A DNA stretch of 64,000 nt from Gemmataceae bacterium (GCA_022616245.1 JAKEFD010000169.1:8384-72383), one strand, 5' to 3'. Shown: positions 1 to 10,072, counted from the stretch's first letter. The notes: a model not told the origin generated them from the letters alone. Translations and numbers: made by a program.

Positions 1-284
1 CCGAGCCAGGAAAAGTGACGACTCCATTTTTGGCGGCGTGGGTTGAACAAGCGAACGACTTTGCCCGTCAACGGATCTACACCGGACAGGTTCGGTCCTT
101 CATGCAGATTGCAGCGAAAACAGGCGAACGCAAGATTGGCCGGCTTGTTCCCGCCGCCGTGTTTTTTCGGACAGACATGTTCAATGTGGAATCCAAAAAA
201 GGGCGCGAATCGCTTGGGGAGGTGGCAGTACTCACACCGAAGGCCGGCTCTTTTCCGAACAAGGCGTTTAAGGGCGGCCTTCAT
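1..284 (-). CDS. HNH endonuclease, N-terminal part (gene runs off the left window edge)
   Basis: Absent from the ORF track because no stop lies in the window. My minus-strand translation from ATG 284: MKAALKRLVRKRAGLRCEYCHLPKRFAPFFGFHIEHVCPKKHGGGNKPANLAFACFRCNLHEGPNLSGVDPLTGKVVRLFNPRRQKWSRHFSWL. It has CxxC...HxEH...N...CxxCN, the HNH/His-Me finger pattern. The ATG overlaps the upstream stop (ATGA, 281-284). Confidence 0.8.
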   Translation of the reverse strand, partial: MKAALKRLVRKRAGLRCEYCHLPKRFAPFFGFHIEHVCPKKHGGGNKPANLAFACFRCNLHEGPNLSGVDPLTGKVVRLFNPRRQKWSRHFSWL

Positions 285-556
285 TTAGAAAGTGCTTTGC
301 GACGTTGGGCGACTCGGGCCCGCGCTTTCGCCTGCAGGAGCGCTACAAAGTCACCAAACCAAACATACGCTTCGTAGCGACGTTTTTCTTCGGGGGTAAG
401 TTCACCTTCTGTGTTCCTGTTCGCTAAATCCTCGACATGAGCGCGCGTTGCCTTGTCTGCTCGAAAAGCGAGAATCTTGCGCGCCGATTGCTCGTTCAAG
501 CAGTCTCCAAGTGAATCCAACAATCGATCCAGTATGTCGTCGCGTTCGGCTATCAT
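281..556 (-). CDS. 91-aa conserved-looking small protein (antitoxin-like), coupled to the HNH gene
   Basis: ATG at 556-554 inside ORF 281..1003. Product is MIAERDDILDRLLDSLGDC...GELTPEEKRRYEAYVWFGDFVALLQAKARARVAQRRKALSK. The longer upstream ORF part is antisense to the DinB gene. The stop overlaps the HNH start. Confidence 0.6.
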   Translation of the reverse strand: MIAERDDILDRLLDSLGDCLNEQSARKILAFRADKATRAHVEDLANRNTEGELTPEEKRRYEAYVWFGDFVALLQAKARARVAQRRKALSK

Positions 557-638
557 GGCGAAATTATAGCAGATTGGCGCTAGCGATTGATAGATTGACA
601 CAGTGTGTGTTTTTTCGTCCCGTACGTAGGACTCGGCC

Positions 639-1160
639 ATGCCGAAACTCCTCGCCGACATCACCCACGAATTCCGCCGCCACAAGGACCAGGCCGATCG
701 CGCCATTGCCGCCCTGTCCGACGAGCAGTTCTTCGCACGGCCCGGGGCAGAAGTTAACCCGGTCGCCCTCATTGTCAGGCACATGGCCGGCAACCTGCGC
801 TCGCGCTTTCGCGACTTTCTCACTAGCGACGGCGAAAAACCCGATCGCGATCGCGACAACGAATTCGTGCTCGCCGAAACGGACACGCGCGACCAACTCT
901 TGGCCGCGTGGGAGGCCGGCTGGCGCATTTTGTTCGAAACGCTGGCATCTCTGAAACCGGACGACTTCGACAAGACCATTACGATTCGCGGCGAATCGCA
1001 CACCGTCCGCCAGGCGCTGTTGCGCGGCGCGACCCACGTCGCCTACCACACGGGACAAATCCTCTATCTGGCGCGCCTGCTTCGCCCGGACAGTCCGTGG
1101 CTCACCGTCGCGCCCGGCAAGAGTAAGGGACTCAAGGGTGGGTATTTTCGAAAGGCGTAA
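639..1160 (+). CDS. DinB-family (DUF1572-like) protein
   Basis: 173 aa with the typical DinB helical-bundle pattern (HMAGNL..., ...HVAYHTGQILYLARL). Confidence 0.75.
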   Translation: MPKLLADITHEFRRHKDQADRAIAALSDEQFFARPGAEVNPVALIVRHMAGNLRSRFRDFLTSDGEKPDRDRDNEFVLAETDTRDQLLAAWEAGWRILFETLASLKPDDFDKTITIRGESHTVRQALLRGATHVAYHTGQILYLARLLRPDSPWLTVAPGKSKGLKGGYFRKA

Positions 1161-1198
1161 CGTAGCGATAGAGTCCGTGATGTAATTGGTCCGCACTG

Positions 1199-1385
1199 GC
1201 TAGGCGGCTGACTCATCGTGTTGCTTGGGATCTTTGGACTTGTCGATCATCCGATCTTTGTATTGCTCCTGCAGCTTCTAATAGTGGGCCACCGGCCTGT
1301 CCGGATCGTGAGCGCAGCTTGCCGAAATGCGCCGCCTTACTTCGCGGATTTCATCGATCACCGGGTCATTCTGAATCACTTTCAT
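1199..1385 (-). pseudogene. small ORF interrupted by one in-frame TAG
   Basis: Minus-strand reading: MKVIQNDPVIDEIREVRRRISASCAHDPDRPVAHY, then TAG (1280-1278), then KLQEQYKDRMIDKSKDPKQHDESAA and a stop. It is either a 35-aa peptide or a nonsense-disrupted ~61-aa gene. Confidence 0.3.
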
Positions 1386-1842
1386 CGCTGCCTCCGAGTA
1401 ATTCTAAGGGCGTTGCCAATGTGGGCACGAACAATCCTAACAGTGTATTTACACGCCGTATGTGACCAAACTTGTTCGCGTTCGCCAAGTGCCGACAACT
1501 CATCCAGCACGGCAGGGCTCGTGACCAACTCATACTTCTGCGGCGCCAAAGCCCACCATTGACGCGTCCAGTCGCGACGCGCTACGATATCGGGAGCCGT
1601 GCGCGTTTCTTGGTGAAAACTCCGATCGTTGTCTCAACGTAAGCACGTGGTTTGGACATGTTGCCAAGCTATCGAATTCAAGGCGAGAACTAAAGAGAAA
1701 CGCTGTCATTTGGCATACTTGCTGCTCAGTCCAGCCTACAATTTGTTTGGCATTTCGTTTGCTCCGATATGCCGAAACCATCGATGGCCGGCGAATCTGA
1801 TCTCGCGCCGGCGCCCTCCAAATTGGGGAGGTTGACTCGCGT

Positions 1843-4443
1843 ATGGACCAAAACCGCTTCACCGAAAAATCGCTCGAGGCCTTGTCGGCCGCCCAGCGCC
1901 TGGCCGCCAAGTTCGGCCACCAACAGATGGACGTCGAGCATCTCCTGCTCGCCATGCTCGATCAAGAGCGCGGCCTGGCCGGCTCCATCCTGAACAAGGC
2001 GGAAGTGCCGGTCGACGGCCTCAAGCTCAAGCTGCATCGCGAGCTGGAGAAACTGCCACGCGAGAGCGGCGGCTCGGGCGAAGTCGGCATCACCAGCCGG
2101 CTCAACCGCCTACTCGGGCAGGCCGAGGTCGAAGCCCGCAAGCTCAAAGACGAGTATGTTTCCGTCGAGCACTTCCTCTTGGCGATGTGCGACGATGCCG
2201 GCACGGCGGGCAAAATCCTCAAGGAATTCGGCGTCAACCGCACGCGCCTGGCCTCCGCGCTCCAGCAAGTGCGCGGCCATCAACGCGTCACCACGCCCAA
2301 CCCGGAAGCGACTTACGAATCGCTGGAAAAGTATGGCCGCGACCTCACGCAATACGCCGCCCAAGGGAAGCTCGACCCGGTCATCGGCCGCGACGAAGAG
2401 ATTCGCCGTGTCATTCAAGTGCTGTCGCGCCGCACCAAGAACAACCCGGTGCTCATCGGCGAACCCGGCGTCGGCAAGACCGCCATCGTCGAAGGTTTGG
2501 CCCAGCGCATCATCCGCGGCGACGTGCCGGAAGGGCTCAAGAACAAGAAGATCGTCGCCCTGGACATGGGCGCGCTCATCGCCGGCGCGAAATACCGCGG
2601 CGAATTTGAGGAACGCTTGAAGGCAGTATTGAAGGAAGTGCAGGAATCGCAAGGCACGATCGTTCTGTTTATCGATGAATTGCACACCGTCGTCGGCGCG
2701 GGCAAGGCCGAAGGCGCGATGGACGCCGGCAATCTCTTGAAGCCCATGCTGGCCCGCGGCGAATTGCACTGCATCGGCGCGACCACGCTTGACGAATATC
2801 GCAAGCACATCGAAAAAGATGCCGCCCTGGAACGCCGCTTCCAACCGGTGATGGTCGATCAGCCTTCAGTTGAGGACACAATCTCCATCCTGCGCGGGTT
2901 GCGTGAGCGCTACGAGGTGCACCATGGCGTGCGCATCAAGGATGCCGCCCTCGTTGCCGCCGCGATTATGTCCAACCGCTACATCTCCGACCGCTTCCTG
3001 CCCGACAAGGCCATCGACCTCATCGACGAGGCGGCCGCCAAGCTGCGCACTGAGATCGACTCGCTGCCCGCCGAATTGGATGAGGTCAATCGCCGGGTCC
3101 TGCAACTGGAAATCGAGCGCGAGGCCCTGAAGAAGGAGAAGGACGCCGCCTCGCGCGAGCGGCTGGCCAAGCTGGAGAAAGAGCTGGCCGACCTCAAAGA
3201 GCAAGCGACGACTCTGCGCGCCCAATGGGACGCCGAGAAAAACGCGGTGCAGCAGCTCTCGACAATCCGCGAACAGATCGAGCAGACCAAAATCGAGATC
3301 GAGAAAGCCGAGCGGGCCTACGACTATGGCAAAGCCGCCGAGCTGAAATTCGGCAAGCTCAACGAATTGGAACGCAAGCTGAAGACGGAAGAGGAACTCC
3401 TGGGCTCGAAGCAGCAAGCGAACAAGCTCATCAAAGAGGAAGTCGACGAAGAGGACATCGCCGAGGTCATCAGCCGCTGGACCGGCATCCCTGTCGTCAA
3501 GCTGCTCGAAGGCGAAGTGCAGAAGCTCTTGCACCTGGGCGACGAATTGCACAAGCGCGTCATCGGCCAGGATGAAGCTGTGAGCGCGGTGGCCGAGGCT
3601 GTGCTCCGTGCCCGCAGCGGCCTCAAGGACCCCAATCGCCCGGTCGGCTCGTTCATCTTCCTCGGGCCCACCGGCGTCGGCAAAACCGAATTGGCCCGCG
3701 CCTTGGCCGAGTTTCTGTTTGATAATGAGCGGGCTATGATCCGCATCGACATGTCCGAGTATCAGGAAAAGCACACCGTGTCGCGCCTGGTCGGCGCCCC
3801 GCCCGGCTACATCGGCTTTGAGGAAGGCGGCCAGCTCACCGAAGCGGCCCGCCGCCGGCCGTATTCCGTCGTCCTCTTCGACGAAATCGAAAAGGCGCAT
3901 CACGACGTATTCAACGTGCTCTTGCAGATCCTTGACGACGGCCGGCTGACCGACGGGAAAGGCCGCACCGTCGATTTCAAGAACACGATCATCATCATGA
4001 CCTCGAACATCGGCAGCCAGCGCATCCTGGGCTACCAGGGAGCGTTCGACGGCGAAGGCTTCGAGCGCATGAAGGAAGCGGTGCTCGACGAGGTGCGCCG
4101 ACACTTCCGGCCGGAGTTTCTGAACCGTGTCGATGAAATGATTGTCTTCCACACCTTGGACGAAGATCACTTGAAACAGATCGTTGTCATCCAGCTCAAG
4201 CGGCTGGGCGAACGGCTCGCGGAACGGCACATCACCTTGGAACTGACCGACGCCGCCAAGACGCACCTGGTGCGCGTCGGCTACGACCCGTCCTACGGCG
4301 CCCGTCCGCTCAAACGCGCCCTGCAGAAAGAAGTCGAAAACCCGCTGGGCCGGCTGCTTCTGGAAGGCAAGGTCAAGGACGGGCAGACCGTGGTCGCGGA
4401 TTACGACGTGAAGAAGGGGCAGATGACGTTCACCGCGAAGTAG
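1843..4443 (+). CDS. clpB: ATP-dependent chaperone ClpB
   Basis: 866 aa with two AAA+ modules ([16 protein letters not shown]), a long coiled-coil middle domain and a Clp N-domain. Confidence 0.97.
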   Translation: MDQNRFTEKSLEALSAAQRLAAKFGHQQMDVEHLLLAMLDQERGLAGSILNKAEVPVDGLKLKLHRELEKLPRESGGSGEVGITSRLNRLLGQAEVEARKLKDEYVSVEHFLLAMCDDAGTAGKILKEFGVNRTRLASALQQVRGHQRVTTPNPEATYESLEKYGRDLTQYAAQGKLDPVIGRDEEIRRVIQVLSRRTKNNPVLIGEPGVGKTAIVEGLAQRIIRGDVPEGLKNKKIVALDMGALIAGAKYRGEFEERLKAVLKEVQESQGTIVLFIDELHTVVGAGKAEGAMDAGNLLKPMLARGELHCIGATTLDEYRKHIEKDAALERRFQPVMVDQPSVEDTISILRGLRERYEVHHGVRIKDAALVAAAIMSNRYISDRFLPDKAIDLIDEAAAKLRTEIDSLPAELDEVNRRVLQLEIEREALKKEKDAASRERLAKLEKELADLKEQATTLRAQWDAEKNAVQQLSTIREQIEQTKIEIEKAERAYDYGKAAELKFGKLNELERKLKTEEELLGSKQQANKLIKEEVDEEDIAEVISRWTGIPVVKLLEGEVQKLLHLGDELHKRVIGQDEAVSAVAEAVLRARSGLKDPNRPVGSFIFLGPTGVGKTELARALAEFLFDNERAMIRIDMSEYQEKHTVSRLVGAPPGYIGFEEGGQLTEAARRRPYSVVLFDEIEKAHHDVFNVLLQILDDGRLTDGKGRTVDFKNTIIIMTSNIGSQRILGYQGAFDGEGFERMKEAVLDEVRRHFRPEFLNRVDEMIVFHTLDEDHLKQIVVIQLKRLGERLAERHITLELTDAAKTHLVRVGYDPSYGARPLKRALQKEVENPLGRLLLEGKVKDGQTVVADYDVKKGQMTFTAK

Positions 4444-4583
4444 CGGCTACTTCGCGCGTGTAATAATTACCCGACAAGTTAGCGAGGGCGGCGGCGTACT
4501 GTCAAAAGAGATCCAACTTGCTCGATGCCCGATGTCCATGAATAATAGATGGCGGTGAAGCCCGCATCAGACAGGAAATTGAC

Positions 4584-4808
4584 ATGAAACAGCTAGAACA
4601 ACGGGTCGCGGCCCTCGAAAGTCAGGTCGCTGCTTTGCAGGCGGCACAAGCCAACGGTGTCCAACCCACGGGCTGGCGCACTACCGTGGGCATGTTTACT
4701 GGCGACGAGGTGATGAAGCAGATTGACCGGGCGGCACGCAAGATTCGCGAGGCCGATCGTCGCCGCACGCGAGCAGGAGTCACTTCGAACGCCCGGGCGA
4801 AAAAATGA
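4584..4808 (+). CDS. type II antitoxin (VapB-like partner of the PIN toxin)
   Basis: 74 aa with an N-terminal coiled coil. Its stop overlaps the PIN start (ATGA at 4805-4808). Confidence 0.6.
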   Translation: MKQLEQRVAALESQVAALQAAQANGVQPTGWRTTVGMFTGDEVMKQIDRAARKIREADRRRTRAGVTSNARAKK

Positions 4809-5230
4809 TCCTCCTCGATAGCGATCATCTTACTGTACTTGGCTATTTGGATGACCCCAAGTGCGCTATACTGACAGAACGACTAGATCAAGCGAACGAT
4901 CCGTCGATTGCCACCACCATTATCACCTTTGAGGAACAAATGCGCGGCTGGATGGCGGAGATTCACCGCCAACGGCAAATCGTTCGACAGGTTGTCTTCT
5001 ACGCGCGTTTGGCGAAAATGGTGGAGTTTTTCAAGAGTTGGACTATTGCCCGGTTTGAGGCTTCCGCCGCGGAAGAATTCATGCGGCTGAGAGGGCAGCG
5101 GATTCGCATCGGCGCGCAGGATCTTAAGATCGCTTCCATCGCATTGGTGAAAGATGCCCTCTTGCTTTCGGCCAATCTGCGGGATTTTCGGCAGGTTCCG
5201 GGACTGCGAGTGGAGAACTGGTTGCAATAA
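4805..5230 (+). CDS. vapC: PIN-domain toxin VapC
   Basis: 141 aa. MILLDSDHL... N-terminus and acidic residues spaced as in PIN (D5/D7, E43, ...SANLRDF). Confidence 0.85.
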   Translation: MILLDSDHLTVLGYLDDPKCAILTERLDQANDPSIATTIITFEEQMRGWMAEIHRQRQIVRQVVFYARLAKMVEFFKSWTIARFEASAAEEFMRLRGQRIRIGAQDLKIASIALVKDALLLSANLRDFRQVPGLRVENWLQ

Positions 5231-5235
5231 CTGGG

Positions 5236-5318
5236 AGGGGGGGGTGTGGGTGTGTCGCGCAACCAATCCCACAACTGTCTTGCCCTGAAATAAGTTACGG
5301 CAACGGAAAGGTTGCGCG
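5236..5318. repeat. non-coding repeat, copy 1 (inverted relative to copy 2 at 22021-22105)
   Basis: The reverse complement of 5241-5301 aligns without gaps to 22038-22098. A 7-nt match (gccgtaa) and a 20-nt perfect match (gcgcgacacacccacacccc) flank 34 nt with 19 matches. Confidence 0.6.
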
Positions 5319-5472
5319 TGTCTGTCATGAATCTGGTCGCTCGGGCTTGGGCCAGTTGCAAAGCACTAGAGTGCCGATGCGTCTGAGGATTGAATCTCAA
5401 ATGGCCGAAAATGGTTTGCACCCCTCGCCCGGGGGAGGTTGCAATGCAAACCATCTGTGTGATTCGGATGAG

Positions 5473-7389
5473 TCACTTGACGCGGATCCGGACCAAGGCC
5501 GTTGTCGCATTGTTGCGCAGCGTTTGATTCGGGTCCTGTGCTGCCCGTTCCAGGGCAGGGATGGCGGCTTTGGCGTCCGGGCCGATGCTGCCCAGAGCCT
5601 GGGCCGCCGACCAGCGCAGCTGTAATTGCACCTTGCTGTCGAGGGCCTCAATGAGGTCGGGAACCGCGTCTTTCGCCTTAGGGCCGAAGTTGCCCAAGGT
5701 TTGAATCAACGCCATACCAAGGGTTGCAGTCTTGCCAGTCTTGGGAATGCCCTTAAGCATGCCGATGAGCTGCGGCAAATAGTCGTCGCCGAATGTGCCG
5801 AGCGTTTGCAAGGCATTGCGGCGCACCAAGATTCCCGAATCGTTTTCGGCGAGCGCCAATAGCTCCTTGCCGAGCTTCTTCGCGCTCGGCCCCAAGCTGC
5901 CCAGCGCGAGGGCGGCGGCGGCGCGCACATTGGCCGTCGGGTCCGCCAGCGCGGTCTTGAGATGCGGCAGCGCTTCCTCGCCGCCGCGGCCCAGCGCAGC
6001 GACGGCGGCCGCACGCACGACGGGATCTGCGTCCTGGACCAGCTCTCCCAGCTTGGGGACTGCCTTCGACAGGTCGCCGCTCACGCGCCCAAGCGCGAAG
6101 GCCGCCTGCATGCGCACCCGCGGCTCGGCGTCGCGCAACGAGTCGAGTACAAGCGGCAAGGCGTCTTTGCCGTAGGTGGGCAGCATTTGCAACACAGTGG
6201 TGCGGATTTGCACGTCGGGATCCTTGGCAAGTTTGGTCAACGCGGGGAGCACCGCCTCGGCCTCGCCGCCAATGCGGGCCAACGTGTAAAGCGCGGTGCG
6301 GCGTACGTTGTCGTTCGCATCGCCCAGTGCGGCTACCACCTTGGGGGCGGCAAGCTTGGCGCCGGGTCCCAACCGCTGGAGAGCGCTCAGCGCTTGCATC
6401 CTGACTTGCAAGTCGGAATCAGCCGTCGCGTATGCCAGGCCCAGGACGACCATCTTATCCGCGATGTTCATGGCCCCCAGATGCTGGGCCGCTTCCCGGC
6501 GCACCTCGACGCTCGTGTGCGCCAGGGCATCGACAAGATCGGGCACCGCATCGGCGCCGACTTTGGCGAGACCGCGGACGGCGCTTTGTCGAATGTCGTC
6601 GCGCTCGGCTTTCAAGCCTTCCTTGAGCGCGGCGATAGCGTCCTTGCCGATCGCTGCGAGCGCGGTCGACGCGGGAAACGAAATGTTGTTTTGAGCCGTC
6701 AGGAAGATGGTCTTCAGATCGTCCAAGGCCGGCTTGGCGTCGTGCTTGAGGCTGGCCAGCGTATGGATCGCCTGGATGCGCACCGATTCCACATCGTCCT
6801 TCAGGACGCGGCGAAGCGCGGGCACGGCGGCAGCGCCAAAGTGGGCGACCGCCTCCCCCGCCGCAGCCCGAACTTCCGGGCTTTTGTCGCCAAACGCTTT
6901 GATCAATTCCTTGATCGCGGTGTCCGGGACGGGCGCGATCCGGCCCAAGGTGTACGCGGCCTTGCGGCGCACGTTGTCGTTGTCATCCGCCAGCAGGCGA
7001 ATCACTTGCGGCGCAGTTGCCGAAGCGTCCGGTCCGATCCAGGCCAGCGCCCAAACGGCATAGAAGCGCGCGTTGGCGTCCTTGTGCGACAGGGTCTCTT
7101 GCAACGGCTTGATCGCGCCTTTGCCGATCTTGCCCAAGGCCAGCGCGGCGTTGAGGCGTACGTCCTCGTTGGCGACCGCGAGTCCGTCCACCAGTGTCGG
7201 CGCGGCGGCTGACGCGCCTTGGCCCAGGTCGGCGAGCTTCGTGGCGATTCGTACCTTGGCCGCGTTGTCACCCGACTGAAACTCCTTGCACAACGCGAGG
7301 ACCTGGTCGATCTTATCCTGGATTTCTTTTGTTTGGCCCAAAGCAGGCCCGGTCAGCAATAAGCCGCAAAGGAGGGAAGCAGTGCGCAT
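5473..7389 (-). CDS. secreted HEAT-repeat (PBS-lyase type) protein
   Basis: 638 aa. Signal peptide MRTASLLCGLLLTGPALG, then about 18 repeats of the V/IRxxAAxALGxIG type. Confidence 0.85.
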   Translation of the reverse strand: MRTASLLCGLLLTGPALGQTKEIQDKIDQVLALCKEFQSGDNAAKVRIATKLADLGQGASAAAPTLVDGLAVANEDVRLNAALALGKIGKGAIKPLQETLSHKDANARFYAVWALAWIGPDASATAPQVIRLLADDNDNVRRKAAYTLGRIAPVPDTAIKELIKAFGDKSPEVRAAAGEAVAHFGAAAVPALRRVLKDDVESVRIQAIHTLASLKHDAKPALDDLKTIFLTAQNNISFPASTALAAIGKDAIAALKEGLKAERDDIRQSAVRGLAKVGADAVPDLVDALAHTSVEVRREAAQHLGAMNIADKMVVLGLAYATADSDLQVRMQALSALQRLGPGAKLAAPKVVAALGDANDNVRRTALYTLARIGGEAEAVLPALTKLAKDPDVQIRTTVLQMLPTYGKDALPLVLDSLRDAEPRVRMQAAFALGRVSGDLSKAVPKLGELVQDADPVVRAAAVAALGRGGEEALPHLKTALADPTANVRAAAALALGSLGPSAKKLGKELLALAENDSGILVRRNALQTLGTFGDDYLPQLIGMLKGIPKTGKTATLGMALIQTLGNFGPKAKDAVPDLIEALDSKVQLQLRWSAAQALGSIGPDAKAAIPALERAAQDPNQTLRNNATTALVRIRVK

Positions 7390-7400
7390 GGCAATTACTC

Positions 7401-7469
7401 TTGTAGGACGGGTCTCCAGGCCCGTCCGCCTTGAATCGCACAGGACGGGCCTGGAGACCCGTCCTACAA
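7401..7469 (-). terminator. 27-bp perfect inverted repeat (terminator-like hairpin) after the DUF2330-like gene
   Basis: 7401-7427 ttgtaggacgggtctccaggcccgtcc pairs with 7443-7469. Each arm is itself a hairpin (ggacggg...cccgtcc). It lies between the stop at 7477 and the next start at 7389. Confidence 0.6.
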
Positions 7470-7476
7470 AAGGAGT

Positions 7477-8844
7477 CTAGGGAGGCGACGTCGGCAGTAT
7501 CTCTTCGTACTCGGAAATATCGTCCTGGCCGTTGTGCCGGGCGGGCACCAGCAGCAAGTCGTCGTTCATCTCATCGCGGGCAAAAATCTTGCGGAACTTG
7601 GTGATGAACAGTCCCGCCTGCAAATGGCCCGCCAAGAAGCGCAGGTCACGCACGTCGTCGGCCGGGGCTTCGCGCACCAGGTAGCCGAAGGGGCGTTCCA
7701 TGCGCGCTTTCTCCAAACGGGCGCGGATGACCTTGTAAATCGCTTCGGCGCGGGCCGGGTCCTTGAGGTCGGCCTTGGAAAAGCCCTCGTCCACGTTCGG
7801 CACTTTTTCGCCGTACGGCCCCTCGCCTTTCAAAACCTTGATGTCGTCTGCGGTCAACTTGCGGGCCCATTCCATCGTTGTTGGGATGTGGCCCTTCTGA
7901 TTTGGCTGCGGGCGCTGGCCGCTGACGAAGTTGAAGCCCAATTCTTTCGCCCGCGCGAGCAACACGGGTATGTTGCCGTCGATGGCCTTGAGCCAGTGCA
8001 CGCCTTTGCCGGGCAAGCCGTCCGGCGTGCAGCCCATGGCCGATTGCAGCATCGGCACCCAGGTGTACTGATAGGTCATGTCGCCGGGCAGATCGACTTT
8101 GTGAGGTGCTTGCACGTAGAAAAGCGCCTCGGTTTTGTCCTTCACCAAGATTTGTGTGATCTTCAAAGGGTATACGAGCTTGTCCGATGGGAAGGCGAAA
8201 CGCGTCGGCGTGACCTCGCCGGCGTAGGAGCCGTCCTTGTTGCGCTTCATCTGCGCGGTGTCGATCTTCATTACCGTGAAGAACCACTTCTTTTGGATGT
8301 AGTGGTTGAGCGTGGCTTCATCGCCGGAATAGTTGTACTTGTGGTCTTTGAGCCACTGGTAAAGATCGTCGGCCCAATCCGCGACGATGGTTTTGTAGTC
8401 GAGGGAGCCGACGACGCCGGATTGGAGGACGACGACTGTGGACTTCTTTTCAATTCCAGCTCCTGTTCGACGGACAACTGTGCTTGATTGCAGTGCATAC
8501 GTGACTTCCAATCTCGGTGACGGCAAAAGCTGCGATTGCGGATGCTCGCGTTTCTTCAGAATGGAGTAGACCGCCAAATGCTTGAAGAACTCGCGCGGCA
8601 TTTCGTGCAGTTTGGGCACGGCCGGTGTGGGGATGACCATGCCGAAGTCGAGCGCGTTGCCTTCGAACTTGGGCTGCACGGTGAAGGTTTCCTGTTTCTC
8701 TGCCGGGTCCCAGGTGATGAACACCTTTTGCGCGGGCTGCAGGATGTCCGTGTTTTTGGCGGAGAAGTAGCAGCACGCGGCGTGTGCCGTGTGGGCGAAA
8801 GCAAACCATACCAAAGCTGCGACGCAAAGCTTGGCATTCGACAT
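7477..8844 (-). CDS. secreted DUF2330-like protein
   Basis: 455 aa. Signal peptide, then AACCYF...QPAQKVFITWD...FGMVIPTPAVP, resembling the DUF2330 N-terminal pattern as I recall it. Confidence 0.6.
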   Translation of the reverse strand: MSNAKLCVAALVWFAFAHTAHAACCYFSAKNTDILQPAQKVFITWDPAEKQETFTVQPKFEGNALDFGMVIPTPAVPKLHEMPREFFKHLAVYSILKKREHPQSQLLPSPRLEVTYALQSSTVVRRTGAGIEKKSTVVVLQSGVVGSLDYKTIVADWADDLYQWLKDHKYNYSGDEATLNHYIQKKWFFTVMKIDTAQMKRNKDGSYAGEVTPTRFAFPSDKLVYPLKITQILVKDKTEALFYVQAPHKVDLPGDMTYQYTWVPMLQSAMGCTPDGLPGKGVHWLKAIDGNIPVLLARAKELGFNFVSGQRPQPNQKGHIPTTMEWARKLTADDIKVLKGEGPYGEKVPNVDEGFSKADLKDPARAEAIYKVIRARLEKARMERPFGYLVREAPADDVRDLRFLAGHLQAGLFITKFRKIFARDEMNDDLLLVPARHNGQDDISEYEEILPTSPP

Positions 8845-8988
8845 TGCGGACTCCCTTCTAGCGATTTTCGGCCTCCTGTAGTACGACGAAGCAGACCGCG
8901 TTTGTCAAGCGACATTTTGCTAGGATTCGTTGAATCGCGTGTGGAGCCGCATTATGCTGGAGCCGCTCACACAGTTCGTAGGGCAAAC

Positions 8989-10032
8989 ATGAAAAGGAAA
9001 AACGCTCCGGCCCGCATGTTCAATCAGGCGTACAGTCGCATTCGTGACATTCTCGCCGAAGCGCGCAGCCGGGCCTACCAGGCGATCAATAGCGCGATGG
9101 TCCAAGCGTATTGGGAGGTCGGCCGCGTGATTGTAGAGGAGGAGCAGCGTGGCTCGAATAAAGCCGGATACGGCAAGCGCCTGCTAGCGGAATTGTCGTC
9201 CCGTTTGAAGTCTGATTTCGGGCGAGGTTTTGACCCGTCTAATCTATCGATGATGCGTGCGTTCTACCTGACCTATCCAATTTTTGACGCACTGCGTCAA
9301 GAATTGTCCTGGACGCATTACCGCATTCTGCTCCGCGTCGAAAAGCCAGAAGCCAGAAGCTTTTACGAAAACGAATCGATTAACGCGCGCTGGTCCACAC
9401 GTGAACTCGAAAGACAGGTCGGCTCTCTGTTGTTTGAGCGCTTGGCTTTGAGTCGCGACAAGAAAGGCGTCCGTGCTTTGGCCGACAAAGGCCACGAAAT
9501 TCAAGAGCCAGCCGACCTTGTCAAAGACCCGTACGTATTGGAATTCGCCGGCCTGCCGATGAATGAACGCTACCTGGAGGCCGATTTGGAAAAAGCGCTC
9601 TTGGATAAGCTCCAGAGTTTCTTGCTCGAACTCGGCAAAGGCTTCGCGTTCATGGCCCGGCAACAACGCATCACCCTCGACGGCAAGCACTATTTCATCG
9701 ACCTCGTCTTCTACAATCGGCTGACCCGTTCGTTCGTGCTCATCGATCTGAAAGTGGGAGAATTGACGCACCAGGACATCGGTCAAATGCAAATGTACGT
9801 GAACTTCTACCAGCGCGAACTGACGTCCGCCGAAGAAAATCCGCCGATCGGCATTATCTTGTGTACCGACAAGAATGAAGCAGTCGTGCGCTTTACGCTG
9901 CCTGAGGGAAACAAGCAGATCTTCGCGTCCCGCTACAAGCTCTATTTACCCACGGAAAAGGAGTTGGCCGCCGAGGTTCAGCGCGAACGCCGGGCCATTG
10001 AATTGGTCTATCGAATGCGAGACACGCCATGA
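8989..10032 (+). CDS. YhcG/DUF1016 family protein (PDDEXK nuclease fold)
   Basis: ATG at 8989 within ORF 8536..10032. It has ELGKGFAFMARQQRITLDGKHYFIDLVFYNRLTRSFVLIDLKVGELTHQDIGQMQMYVNFY, typical of the family. Confidence 0.85.
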   Translation: MKRKNAPARMFNQAYSRIRDILAEARSRAYQAINSAMVQAYWEVGRVIVEEEQRGSNKAGYGKRLLAELSSRLKSDFGRGFDPSNLSMMRAFYLTYPIFDALRQELSWTHYRILLRVEKPEARSFYENESINARWSTRELERQVGSLLFERLALSRDKKGVRALADKGHEIQEPADLVKDPYVLEFAGLPMNERYLEADLEKALLDKLQSFLLELGKGFAFMARQQRITLDGKHYFIDLVFYNRLTRSFVLIDLKVGELTHQDIGQMQMYVNFYQRELTSAEENPPIGIILCTDKNEAVVRFTLPEGNKQIFASRYKLYLPTEKELAAEVQRERRAIELVYRMRDTP

Positions 10033-10051
10033 CCGTGTCAGGGGCGCGAGG

Positions 10052-10072
10052 GGACAGGTTGAAAACCTGTCC
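10052..10072. terminator. hairpin between convergent genes
   Basis: ggacaggtt gaa aacctgtcc. In reverse it is preceded by gtag, like the 7401 and 12228 elements. Confidence 0.5.

Noticed and set aside
15-377. 120-aa plus-strand ORF at the left edge
   Set aside because: It is fully overlapped by the much better supported minus-strand HNH gene and its 91-aa partner, and has no recognisable motifs.
1700-1735. sigma54-like tggcatacttgct upstream of clpB
   Set aside because: The GG-to-GC spacing is 7 nt, not the 10 nt required for a -24/-12 promoter.
2866-4266. 466-aa minus-strand ORF, plus several others, inside clpB
   Set aside because: These are antisense to an unambiguous clpB. Long stop-free antisense frames are expected at this GC content, and the Ala/Arg/Gly-rich composition is typical of such artefacts. 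The same reasoning applies to 5962..7212, 7534..8487, 29937..30866, 33855..35192, 40970..42133, 44711..45775, 51500..52588 and 53672..54544.
1843-4443. ClpB as a T6SS ClpV ATPase for the Hcp islet
   Set aside because: It has the full ClpB architecture with a long middle coiled-coil domain, lies 14 kb away, and sits among unrelated genes. A housekeeping chaperone is the simpler reading.
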